DNA from: Pusillimonas noertemannii
GTDB taxonomy: Bacteria; Pseudomonadota; Gammaproteobacteria; Burkholderiales; Burkholderiaceae_B
DNA length: 24,000 nucleotides
Assembly: GCF_003096595.1 (NCBI RefSeq)
Contig: NZ_QEKO01000011.1
Coordinates: 52,650 to 76,649 of the forward strand
Reading direction: 5' to 3'
In this document: piece by piece, positions 16,889 to 24,000 of the stretch
How positions within the stretch are numbered: the stretch's first letter is position 1
Layout: every line of letters starts with the position of its first letter
The notes under the pieces: generated by a model
What the model saw: only the letters and a program-made list of their open reading frames with translations
What the model was told of the DNA's origin: nothing
Databases searched by the model: none
Program-made: the position numbers and the translations under genes

Positions 16889-17914
16889 ACGAACCAGCCC
16901 CGCCCAATAATCCGCCACGTCGAGCAGCCGGTTCGCGAACCCCCACTCATTGTCGAACCACACCATGACATTCGCCATGCGCGGCCCGCAAAGCCGGGTC
17001 TGGCCGCCGTCAATAATGACCGAATGCGGGTCGTGGTTGAAATCCACCGACGCATGGGGCTGGTCGGAATAGGCGATGAAATCGGGCGCCCGCTGCGCTG
17101 CGGCCTGCATCAATGCGTTGATGTCTTCCGCCGACAGGTCGCTGCCCGCCTGGAACATCAGGTCGATCGCCGAGACATTTAGCGTGGGCACGCGAATGGC
17201 CTTGGCCTGCACCCTGCCCGACAACTCGGGCAGCAGCCGCTCCACCCCCTTGGCCAAGCCCGTCGACACGGGCACGAACGATTGCATCGCCGAACGCGTG
17301 CGCCGCAGATCGCTGTTGTGATAGCCGTCGATCAGAGGCTGGTCGTTCATCACCGAATGCAGCGTTGTAAGAAAAGCCTGCTCCACGCCGAAAGAGCGAT
17401 GCAGCAGATCAAGCACCGGCACGATGGCATTGGTGGTGCACGAAGCATTGGAGACCAGGCGCTCGGTGCCCGCAAGGCTTTCGTGATTGATGCCGTACAC
17501 CACCGTGGCATCCACATCGGCCGCGCTGGCGCCCGGATGCGACAGCAGCAGGCGCGGCACGCCCGCATCAAGAAAGCGCTGCAGCTGGTCACGCGTGCCG
17601 TAACGGCCCGAGCACTCCACCAGAAGATCCACGCCCAGCGCCTGCCAGGGCACTTCTTCAGGCGTAGAGGCATGCGTCACGGCAATGGCCTGCCCATCGA
17701 TGACGAGGCTGTCTTCGCCCTGCTCCACCTTGCCGTGAAACACGCCGTGCGTCGAATCGAAGCGCGTGAGATAAGCCATGGTGTCCAGATCGGCGGGCTC
17801 ATTGATGGCTACGATGCGAAAGCGGTTTTTCAGGGGGGATTCATGCAGGGCGCGCAGGAAGCAGCGCCCGATGCGGCCATATCCGTTGATGGCCAGGCGT
17901 AACGGTGTGTTCAT
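16886..17914 (-). CDS. epd: GAPDH-family dehydrogenase, most like erythrose-4-phosphate dehydrogenase
   Basis: INGYGRIGR, the catalytic SNASCTTN, HSVMNDQPLIDGYH.DLRRTRSAMQSFVPVSTGLAKG and AIRVPTLNVSAIDL follow E. coli Epd ([30 protein letters not shown]...AVRVPTINVTAIDL) more closely than GapA. The subfamily call is from memory, not a search. Confidence 0.8.
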   Translation of the reverse strand: MNTPLRLAINGYGRIGRCFLRALHESPLKNRFRIVAINEPADLDTMAYLTRFDSTHGVFHGKVEQGEDSLVIDGQAIAVTHASTPEEVPWQALGVDLLVECSGRYGTRDQLQRFLDAGVPRLLLSHPGASAADVDATVVYGINHESLAGTERLVSNASCTTNAIVPVLDLLHRSFGVEQAFLTTLHSVMNDQPLIDGYHNSDLRRTRSAMQSFVPVSTGLAKGVERLLPELSGRVQAKAIRVPTLNVSAIDLMFQAGSDLSAEDINALMQAAAQRAPDFIAYSDQPHASVDFNHDPHSVIIDGGQTRLCGPRMANVMVWFDNEWGFANRLLDVADYWAGLVR

Positions 17915-18000
17915 GTCGATGAAGCAGAGTCGGTGGTCAGTGATGAGCGGCGAAGCCGGTAAGCGGATGAGATGTCAGTGTATACCCTGGCGCCCGTTGT

Positions 18001-18041
18001 CCCGGAATCGCGCTCACCGTCAGCCTGCGGAGCGTTCCGGG
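18001..18041 (-). terminator. hairpin just after the SDR stop (possible non-canonical terminator)
   Basis: CCCGGAA(t)CGC (18001-18011) pairs with GCGTTCCGGG (18032-18041), giving a 10-bp stem with one bulge and a 20-nt loop. No T-tract follows on the minus strand. Confidence 0.3.
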
Positions 18042-18048
18042 CCCAAAA

Positions 18049-18825
18049 TCAGAATGCGATCGAAAACCCGCCGTCCACCACCAGGATGTGGCCGTTCACA
18101 TACGAGGCCGCCGGCGAAGCCAGGAAAACGGCGGCACCCGTGATCTCGTGCGGCTGGGCCCAGCGTTCGAGCGGATTGCGGCCCAGCACTCGGGGCCCTT
18201 GCACCGGGTCGCCGGCCAGCTGCACATTGCTTTCGGTGGCGAAAGTACCCGGCGCAATGCCATTGCTGGTAATGCCCCGCGGCCCGTACTCCACAGCCAG
18301 CGCCTTTACCAGGCCCGCCAGGCCGTGCTTGGCCACGGCATAGATGGCATCGCCGGGCCTTGCCACGCGGTCGGCGATCGATGTAAGCGTAACGATGCGC
18401 CCCGCCAGGCCCTGCCGCGCCATGCGCTGCGCTGCCAATCGGGACAGATGCATGGCCGCGAGCAGGTCGACGTGGATGAGGTCCTGCATCTCTTGCAGGG
18501 TGGAGTCGGCCAGGCTCTTGCGCAGGCGGATGCCCACGTTGTTGACGAGAATGTCGGGTGCGCCCGCCCGGCTGCACAACTGCCCGAAAATGCGTTCTTG
18601 TTCGGCCAGATTGCCCACGTCGTGCACCAGCGGCTCGGCGCGGCCGCCTTCTTCTTCGATGCGCCGCACCGCCTGCATTACACGGTCTTGCGAGCGGCCG
18701 TTGATAATGACGCAGGCGCCGCTGGCCGCATAGGCCCTGGCGATTTCGAATCCCAGGCCCTGGGTCGAGCCGGTGATAAGAGCCGTTTTTCCGGAAAGAG
18801 AAAAATCAGGTGCTTGCATGGGCAT
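18049..18825 (-). CDS. SDR family oxidoreductase (gluconate 5-dehydrogenase / 3-oxoacyl-ACP reductase-like)
   Basis: It has the cofactor motif GKTALITGSTQGLG, plus NNVG, the catalytic Ser and YAVAKHG (YxxxK), and the C-terminal YVNGHILVVDGG. Confidence 0.85.
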   Translation of the reverse strand: MPMQAPDFSLSGKTALITGSTQGLGFEIARAYAASGACVIINGRSQDRVMQAVRRIEEEGGRAEPLVHDVGNLAEQERIFGQLCSRAGAPDILVNNVGIRLRKSLADSTLQEMQDLIHVDLLAAMHLSRLAAQRMARQGLAGRIVTLTSIADRVARPGDAIYAVAKHGLAGLVKALAVEYGPRGITSNGIAPGTFATESNVQLAGDPVQGPRVLGRNPLERWAQPHEITGAAVFLASPAASYVNGHILVVDGGFSIAF

Positions 18826-18886
18826 ACAGAAAGGGTTGTGCGACTCGCGCCCGCAGTATGCAGCGCGTTGGCAAGCCGATATAGTA

Positions 18887-20821
18887 ATGCTTGTGTACTT
18901 TCAGGGTTCTCTCATGCTTCTTCCCTTTCCAGCCAGCCTGCTGCGTCGCGGCCTTGTTCCCGAAGACGCGGCCGCCAGCCCCGTGCCGCCCGTTTATCCC
19001 ATCGAGACCTTCTTTCGCAATCCCGCCCGAGGTTTCTTCCGTCTCTCGGACGAAGGCTCGATGCTCGGCTTCATGGAGCCCGTCAGCATAGACGGCCAGC
19101 CGGCGCGCATGAACATCTTTGTCCAGGCCCTCGAGGGCAGCCGCCCCACCGGCACGGCGCAACGCATCACCTCTGAAACCGAACGCGACATCAGCGGCTA
19201 TTTCTGGAAAGGCGAGCACACCGTCATCTACGAAAAAGACTTCAATGGCGACGAGAACTTCCATGTGCTGGCCGTAGACATCCGCACTGGAACGGTTACC
19301 GACCTTACCCCTTTTCCGGGGGTGCGGGCCAGCATCGAAGACGATCTCGAAGACGACCCCGACCACCTTCTCATCAGCCACAATGGCCGCAACCCCGAGG
19401 TTTTCGATGTATACCGGGTCGACATCCGCAACGGTGAGCTCGCGCTGGTGGCCGAGAACCCCGGCAATGTGATCGGCTGGCAAACCGATCACGCGGGGCG
19501 CGTGCGGGCCGGCATCGCCAGCGACGGCCTGAACTCGGTGCTGCTGTACCGCGACGATGAGCGACAAGGCTTCCGCCCGCTCATCCAGACCGACTTCCGC
19601 ACTTCGGTGGGGCCGCAGTTCTTTGATTTCGACGACGTTCGCCTTTATGCCCTCAGCAACCGCGGGCGCGACAAGCTGGCACTGGTGCGCATCGACCCGG
19701 CCAATCCCGACGACGAGGAGCTTGTCTTCGAAGCGCCCGGGGTCGACCTGGACGGCGCCGGCTACTCGAAGCTGCGCAAGGTGCTTACCGTCGCGGCCTA
19801 CCAGACCGACAAGCCCGCTTATCATTTCTTCGACAATCTCAGCCGCGAACGCCACGAGCGCCTGCAGCGTCATCTGCCCGGCTACGAGATCGCCTACCAA
19901 AGCAGCACGCGCGACGAGAACAAGTTCATCGTGGCGGCCTACAACGACCGCACGCCGGGCAGCCGCCACATCTACGATGCCCGGCTCGACACCCTGGACA
20001 AGCTCGCCGAGATCAACCCCGAGCTGCCCGAAGAACACATGGCCGTGGTGCGGCCCATCCAGTACCAAAGCCGCGACGGCCTCACCATTCATGGCTACCT
20101 CACGCTGCCACTGGGGCGCCAGCCGCGAGCCCTGCCCTGCGTCGTCAATCCGCACGGCGGTCCCTGGGCCCGCGATGGCTGGGGGTTCAACCCCGAAGCC
20201 CAGTTCCTGGCCAACCGCGGCTACGCCGTGCTGCAAATGAATTTTCGCGGCTCCACCGGCTACGGACGCCAGTTCTGGGAAAGCAGCTTCGGCCAATGGG
20301 GGCTGGCCATGCAGGACGACATCACCGACGGCGTGCAATGGGCCATCGACCAGGGCATTGCCGACCCCGCCCGCATTGCCATCTATGGCGGCAGCTACGG
20401 GGGCTATGCCACCCTGGCCGGCATCACCTACACACCCCAGCTCTATGCCGCGGCCATCGACTACGTGGGTGTTTCCAACCTGCTTACCTTCCTGAACACC
20501 ATTCCGCCCTACTGGAAGCCCATGCTCGAAAAAATGTACAGCATGGTGGGCGACCCGGTGGCCGACCGAGAGCGCCTCGAGGCCACCTCGCCGGCCCTGA
20601 ACGCCGACCGCATCCAGACCCCGCTGCTCATTGCCCAGGGCGCGCACGACCCACGGGTGAACAAAGACGAAAGCGACCAGATGGTGGCCGCCCTGAAGGC
20701 GCGCGGCATCGATGTGGAATACATTGTCAAAGACAACGAGGGCCACGGCTTTCACAACGACGAAAACAAATTCGAGTTCTATCACCGCATGGCGCGTTTC
20801 CTGGATGCCCACCTCAAGTAA
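18887..20821 (+). CDS. S9 family serine peptidase (prolyl oligopeptidase / dipeptidyl aminopeptidase-like)
   Basis: An N-terminal beta-propeller region is followed by an alpha/beta hydrolase domain with a catalytic triad: GGSYGGY (Ser), AQGAHDPRV (Asp) and EGHGF (His). The start is uncertain: 18887 or 18914. The track start at 18773 overlaps the divergent SDR gene. Confidence 0.85.
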   Translation: MLVYFQGSLMLLPFPASLLRRGLVPEDAAASPVPPVYPIETFFRNPARGFFRLSDEGSMLGFMEPVSIDGQPARMNIFVQALEGSRPTGTAQRITSETERDISGYFWKGEHTVIYEKDFNGDENFHVLAVDIRTGTVTDLTPFPGVRASIEDDLEDDPDHLLISHNGRNPEVFDVYRVDIRNGELALVAENPGNVIGWQTDHAGRVRAGIASDGLNSVLLYRDDERQGFRPLIQTDFRTSVGPQFFDFDDVRLYALSNRGRDKLALVRIDPANPDDEELVFEAPGVDLDGAGYSKLRKVLTVAAYQTDKPAYHFFDNLSRERHERLQRHLPGYEIAYQSSTRDENKFIVAAYNDRTPGSRHIYDARLDTLDKLAEINPELPEEHMAVVRPIQYQSRDGLTIHGYLTLPLGRQPRALPCVVNPHGGPWARDGWGFNPEAQFLANRGYAVLQMNFRGSTGYGRQFWESSFGQWGLAMQDDITDGVQWAIDQGIADPARIAIYGGSYGGYATLAGITYTPQLYAAAIDYVGVSNLLTFLNTIPPYWKPMLEKMYSMVGDPVADRERLEATSPALNADRIQTPLLIAQGAHDPRVNKDESDQMVAALKARGIDVEYIVKDNEGHGFHNDENKFEFYHRMARFLDAHLK

Positions 20822-20860
20822 GGCATGCAGGCGCGCATTACCCACTCCAAGGAGAGAAAA

Positions 20861-21469
20861 TTGAAGCTTTATTATTTGACGGGCGCATGCCCCCTGGTGT
20901 CGCAGATCGTGATGGAATGGATGGGGCTTTCCTATGAGCTCGAGTCAGTCGAGCGCGACGCCCTGAAGCAGCCCGAGTTCCTCAAGCTCAATCCCGTCGG
21001 CTCGGTGCCCGTGCTGGTGGACGGAGACCTGGTGCTGACGCAAAGCGTGGCTATACTCGAGTACCTGAATGAGCTGCATCCCGAGGCGGGCCTGCATGGC
21101 GCCGACACGGTCGAACGGGCCGAAGTCCGCCGCTGGCTCAGTTTCGTCAATGCCGACGTCCATCGCACCTTCGCCATGATCTTCGGCGTGCAAGGCTATA
21201 GCTCAGACCCGCAGATACAGAAGCTTTTGCTAGACAAGACCACCGAACGCGTGCGCTTCCTGTTCGGCATCGCCGACAAGCAGCTGGAAGGCAAAGACTG
21301 GCTTACCGGCAAGCGCTCCATCGCCGACCCTTACCTGTACGTCGTGGGCCGCTGGGCGCGCGCCAAAGAAATTGACCTGTCGGGCATGAACAACCTCAAG
21401 CGCTTCCTTGATCGCATGGACGCCGATGCCGGCGTGCAAACGGCCCTGCAGAAGCAAGGTCTGGCCTGA
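20861..21469 (+). CDS. glutathione S-transferase
   Basis: With a TTG start at 20861 the protein begins MKLYYLTGACPL, the usual GST N-terminus, and AAGGAGAG (20849-20856) lies 4 nt upstream. The thioredoxin-fold motif NPVGSVPVLVDGD..LTQSVAILEYL is present. The track's ATG at 20825 has no RBS and lies only 3 nt after the upstream gene's stop codon (ends 20821). Confidence 0.85.
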   Translation: MKLYYLTGACPLVSQIVMEWMGLSYELESVERDALKQPEFLKLNPVGSVPVLVDGDLVLTQSVAILEYLNELHPEAGLHGADTVERAEVRRWLSFVNADVHRTFAMIFGVQGYSSDPQIQKLLLDKTTERVRFLFGIADKQLEGKDWLTGKRSIADPYLYVVGRWARAKEIDLSGMNNLKRFLDRMDADAGVQTALQKQGLA

Positions 21470-21527
21470 TCGGCCAGATACGGTGCCCGCGGCGTTTCCC
21501 GTCGAGGGGCACCTCTCTTGCCAGGCT

Positions 21528-21560
21528 AAACAAAACGGCTCATTACGAGCCGTTTTGTTG
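21528..21560. terminator. bidirectional rho-independent terminator between convergent genes
   Basis: AACAAAACGGCTC (21529-21541), a 5-nt loop, then GAGCCGTTTTGTT (21547-21559). The core GC stem CGGCTC/GAGCCG is flanked by an A-tract and a T-tract. Confidence 0.7.
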
Positions 21561-21593
21561 CCGCCGGGCCGCCCCAAGGATCGGCGCCCCCGG

Positions 21594-21616
21594 CAAAAAC
21601 AGCCCCCTCGGGGGGC
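21594..21616 (-). terminator. rho-independent terminator for the proC-yhhQ transcript
   Basis: On the minus strand GCCCCC-cga-GGGGGC (21616-21602) is followed by TGTTTTTG. Confidence 0.65.
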
Positions 21617-21670
21617 AGCGAGCAGGTACTAGCCTGCGTGGCGTGGGGGCTTTTTTATATTGCCAGGGAA

Positions 21671-22276
21671 TCAGGCGCCGCGGCCGCCCGGCCGCACGAT
21701 GGCAGGCTGCGCGCCGTCTTGCGCCAGCGCCGGCCGGGCCAGGTTCCACATGAAGGCCCGGAACGGGGCCAGCATGGTGGCGTTGATGAACAGCTTGATG
21801 GCCAGGTCGCCGAACAGCAGCGTAACCCAGGGCACCTGCGTGCCGGCAAAGGCGACGCTGAAGAAGATGAAGGTGTCGAGCGTGGCGCCGGCCACGCCGG
21901 CGATCAGCGGCGCCCGCCACCAGCGCTGTTCGCGCAGGCGGTCGAATACATGGATGTCGAGAAGCTGGGCGCACAAAAAGGCCAGGCCCGAGGCCACGGC
22001 GATGCGCGGCGTTGCCACCCAGAACGACACCACGATGGCGGCCACGAAGCCGAACACCGCGACCCGGCGCGCCGCGCCCGGGCCGAAACGCCGATTCAGA
22101 ACGTCGGCCACCAGAAAGGCAATGGGGTAGGTAATGGCACCCCAGGTGAGCCAGCGGTTGATGGGATACTGCACCAGAATGTTGGAGCCCACCACGATGG
22201 CGCACATGACCAGCACGGCGATCGCCATCTGGCGCAGGGTCATGGGAAGGAAAGCGGATTGATTCGTCGAAGTCAT
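21671..22276 (-). CDS. yhhQ: queuosine precursor transporter, YhhQ/VUT (DUF165) family
   Basis: It is collinear with E. coli YhhQ as I recall it: SN.LVQ.P...TWGA...P..FL..D...R.FG...AR, then Q.LD.HVF.RLR...WW.AP and DT..FF..AF. The ATG overlaps the proC stop (ATGA at 22273-22276). Confidence 0.8.
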   Translation of the reverse strand: MTSTNQSAFLPMTLRQMAIAVLVMCAIVVGSNILVQYPINRWLTWGAITYPIAFLVADVLNRRFGPGAARRVAVFGFVAAIVVSFWVATPRIAVASGLAFLCAQLLDIHVFDRLREQRWWRAPLIAGVAGATLDTFIFFSVAFAGTQVPWVTLLFGDLAIKLFINATMLAPFRAFMWNLARPALAQDGAQPAIVRPGGRGA

Positions 22277-23103
22277 TTTGCAAACTCGGTGGCCAGCTGG
22301 CCCGCGCGCTGGTAGGCCGAGCGCATGGCTTGCTGCACCAGGGCCGAAAAGCCCTGTTGTTCAAACACGGATAGGGCGGCGGCGGTGGTGCCTCCCTTGG
22401 AAGTAACCCGTTCACGCAAGGTGGCGGGCGTTTCGGGCGAGAGCGCTGCCAACTGGGTGGCCCCGTGCAAGGTGGCCAACGCCAGCTTGCGCGACTGCTG
22501 GGCGTCGAGACCCAGGTCGATGCCGCCCTGGATCAGCGCCTCGAGAAATAGGAACACATAGGCCGGGCCGCTGCCCGACAAGGCCGTTACGGCGTCGAGC
22601 TGGTCGTCGTTGTCGACCCACACGATTTCGCCCACCGCCTTGAGCAGAAGCTGGGCCACCGCGCGGTCGTCTTCGGAGACGCCGTCGAGCGCCAGCAAGC
22701 CGGAAATGCCCGCGCCGATAAGGGCCGGAGTGTTGGGCATGCAGCGCACCAGCCGTGTCCAGGGCTTGTCGCCGCCCAGCCAGCCGGCCAGCGTGCCGCT
22801 TTCAATGCCGGCCGCGATGCTGATGACCAGCGTGTCGGGGCGCAGGAAAGGCTTGCACTGGGCCACGGTTTCTTTCATGACCTGCGGCTTGACGGCGAAA
22901 ATCCACACGCGCCGCGAGGAAAGCTGCTCGTCGGGCGCCGCGGCGGTACCCACGCCCTGTTCGCGCCAGCGCGCAAGCGCGGTCTCGTTGACGTCGATGA
23001 CATGCACGTCGGAAGCGCCGCAGCGCTTGCCGATGAGGCCCGAAGCCAGGGCAGAGGCCATATTGCCGCCACCGATGAAGGAAAGGGAAAGTTCTTGATT
23101 CAT
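22273..23103 (-). CDS. proC: pyrroline-5-carboxylate reductase
   Basis: The motifs FIGGGNMASALASGL, CMPNTPALIG, TALSGSGPAYVF and VTSKGGTTAAAL fit ProC, at 276 aa. Confidence 0.95.
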   Translation of the reverse strand: MNQELSLSFIGGGNMASALASGLIGKRCGASDVHVIDVNETALARWREQGVGTAAAPDEQLSSRRVWIFAVKPQVMKETVAQCKPFLRPDTLVISIAAGIESGTLAGWLGGDKPWTRLVRCMPNTPALIGAGISGLLALDGVSEDDRAVAQLLLKAVGEIVWVDNDDQLDAVTALSGSGPAYVFLFLEALIQGGIDLGLDAQQSRKLALATLHGATQLAALSPETPATLRERVTSKGGTTAAALSVFEQQGFSALVQQAMRSAYQRAGQLATEFAK

Positions 23104-23119
23104 AGCCCGCTATTGTACG

Positions 23120-23154
23120 AAAAAACCCGGGCCTGCCGCCAAGGCAGGCCCGGG
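23120..23154 (-). terminator. strong rho-independent terminator downstream of dps
   Basis: On the minus strand CCCGGGCCTGCC (23154-23143), the loop TTGGC, then GGCAGGCCCGGG (23137-23126), followed by TTTTTT (23125-23120). This is a perfect 12-bp stem. Confidence 0.85.
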
Positions 23155-23269
23155 TCTGGAATAAGGCCCCGCGCCACAAGCGCGGACTTCTGTCGCACGG
23201 CCTTGCGGCGATTCTTGCGCAAGGCGTGGGCCTCAAGCCGGCTGGTGCGTCGGCGGGAAAAGCCCGGCG

Positions 23270-23779
23270 CTATGCCAGAATGCTGCGCAGCATCCAGGCG
23301 TTCTTTTCGTGGATGTCGAGCCGGCGGGTGAGCAGGTCGACCGTGGGCGCGTCGTTGGCCGCTTCGGCGCGCTTGAGCGCTGCGCGGGCGGTTTTGGCCA
23401 CGGCTTCGTTGCCCTTGACCAGGAAATGCACCATTTCGGATGCCTCGGGCACGTCGTCGGGCGCCTTGATGGTGGCCAGGCTGCCGTACTGTGCATAGGT
23501 GCCCGGCGCGTAGTGCCCCAGGGCGCGTATGCGTTCGGCGATTTCATCGAGCGCCTGCCACTCTTCGGTGTATTGGGTCATGAACATCTGGTGCAATGTG
23601 TTGAACAGCGGACCCGTGACGTTCCAGTGGAAATTGTGCGTGGTGAGGTACAGGGTATACGAGTCGGCGAGCATCTTGGAAAGCTCGTGCGCAACGGCCT
23701 CCCGATCTTTGGCGGTAATGCCGATGTCGATCACGATGCCTTTCTCGGTTTTGATGGATTTGTTCAATGCTTTTGCCAT
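23270..23779 (-). CDS. dps: Dps family DNA-protection / ferritin-like protein
   Basis: LADSYTLYLTTHNFHWNVTGPLFNTLHQMF...EEWQALDEIAERIRALG contains the Dps ferroxidase-site residues (H..HW...H...D..AE). The start at MAKAL (23779) has GGAGA upstream. Confidence 0.9.
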   Translation of the reverse strand: MAKALNKSIKTEKGIVIDIGITAKDREAVAHELSKMLADSYTLYLTTHNFHWNVTGPLFNTLHQMFMTQYTEEWQALDEIAERIRALGHYAPGTYAQYGSLATIKAPDDVPEASEMVHFLVKGNEAVAKTARAALKRAEAANDAPTVDLLTRRLDIHEKNAWMLRSILA

Positions 23780-23815
23780 TTCAGATCTCCGAACGTACAT
23801 GTTGAACAACAAACT

Positions 23816-24000
23816 TTAGAATACCACGCTGCTCGGCTCTTCAAGATAGCGGACACCGCCCAGTTCGGTGTGATGAACCGCCCTGACCAGGGCCTGTATG
23901 GCGGTGGGCCGAGGGAAGCTCTTGCGCCATGCCAGCACCACCCTGCGGTCGGGCACCGGCTTCTTGAAAGGGATGTAGGCCAGCAGGTCGCTCTTGGGGT
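23816..24000 (-). CDS. 3-prime end of a LysR-family regulator, possibly OxyR (partial)
   Basis: Hand translation of the minus strand gives ...PKSDLLAYIPFKKPVPDRRVVLAWRKSFPRPTAIQALVRAVHHTELGGVRYLEEPSSVVF, with the stop (TAA) at 23816-23818. This resembles the C-terminal effector-domain end of OxyR-type LysR proteins. Sitting directly upstream of dps fits OxyR. Confidence 0.5.
   Translation of the reverse strand, partial: PKSDLLAYIPFKKPVPDRRVVLAWRKSFPRPTAIQALVRAVHHTELGGVRYLEEPSSVVF

Noticed and set aside
16501-16968. 155-aa plus-strand ORF spanning the fumC-epd intergenic region. It has a hydrophobic N-terminus (LLLIWVWVALVWVL) and a TSGTNGTSGTN repeat.
   Set aside because: It has a GTG start and no RBS. 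It runs straight through the inverted repeat and the 18-bp tandem repeat, which explains the peptide repeat. It ends inside the epd-like gene on the opposite strand, and after the first 35 residues it is Arg/Ala/Gly-rich. I considered a type I toxin-like small peptide, but nothing supports one.
18806-20845. 679-aa minus-strand ORF that almost exactly mirrors the S9 peptidase gene. It is the longest antisense ORF in the window.
   Set aside because: The plus-strand product has the full Ser/Asp/His triad and a propeller domain. The antisense product is Gly/Ala/Val/Arg-rich with no motifs. Its length reflects stop-codon depletion opposite a GC3-rich gene. Only ribosome profiling could revive this call.
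1-24000. A defence system, prophage, integrative element, toxin-antitoxin pair or biosynthetic cluster anywhere in the window
   Set aside because: I found no nuclease, helicase, ATPase, methyltransferase, integrase, transposase or phage-structural signatures, no tRNA attachment site and no obviously low-GC island. Every sizeable ORF with coding character is assigned to a housekeeping or metabolic family. I cannot support such a claim from this sequence.

Overview
This is a GC-rich bacterial chromosomal window, densely packed with about 24 protein-coding genes. I found no rRNA, tRNA, CRISPR array, transposase, integrase or phage genes. From memory of azurin sequences and the overall gene content it looks like a betaproteobacterium of the Bordetella/Achromobacter type; this is inference, not a database search.

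Gene order, left to right:
- the 5-prime end of a lipoprotein gene (-)
- a HemJ/CopD-like membrane protein (+), overlapping a convergent DUF2231 membrane protein (-)
- an aa3-type cytochrome c oxidase operon (+): CuA subunit II, a fused subunit I/III, and a small 3-TM protein, joined by ATGA overlaps
- a monocistronic LivJ-type periplasmic binding protein (+)
- azurin (+), preceded by an FNR/ANR-like box
- an NADPH-dependent FMN reductase (-)
- acetoacetyl-CoA synthetase and a MarR regulator (+), preceded by a 41-bp palindrome
- a universal stress protein (+)
- NfeD, an SPFH/stomatin protein and a PQQ-dependent sugar dehydrogenase (-)
- a DUF488 protein (-)
- fumC (-)
- a 410-bp structured intergenic region holding a 32-bp perfect inverted repeat and an 18-bp tandem duplication
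- an Epd-like GAPDH-family dehydrogenase (-)
- an SDR oxidoreductase (-)
- an S9 serine peptidase (+)
- a glutathione S-transferase (+)
- yhhQ-like transporter, proC and dps (all -; transcription order dps, proC, yhhQ)
- the 3-prime end of a LysR/OxyR-like regulator (-)

Most long ORFs in the track that lie antisense to these genes are high-GC shadow ORFs.

I see no recognisable defence system, mobile island or biosynthetic cluster. The window reads as ordinary core genome. The items most worth a second look are non-coding:
- the inverted-repeat element at 16657-16822
- the operator-like palindrome at 7781-7821
- the FNR-type azurin promoter
- the terminator and open frame that abut the proC start
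- the oxidase cluster with its uncharacterised accessory membrane proteins
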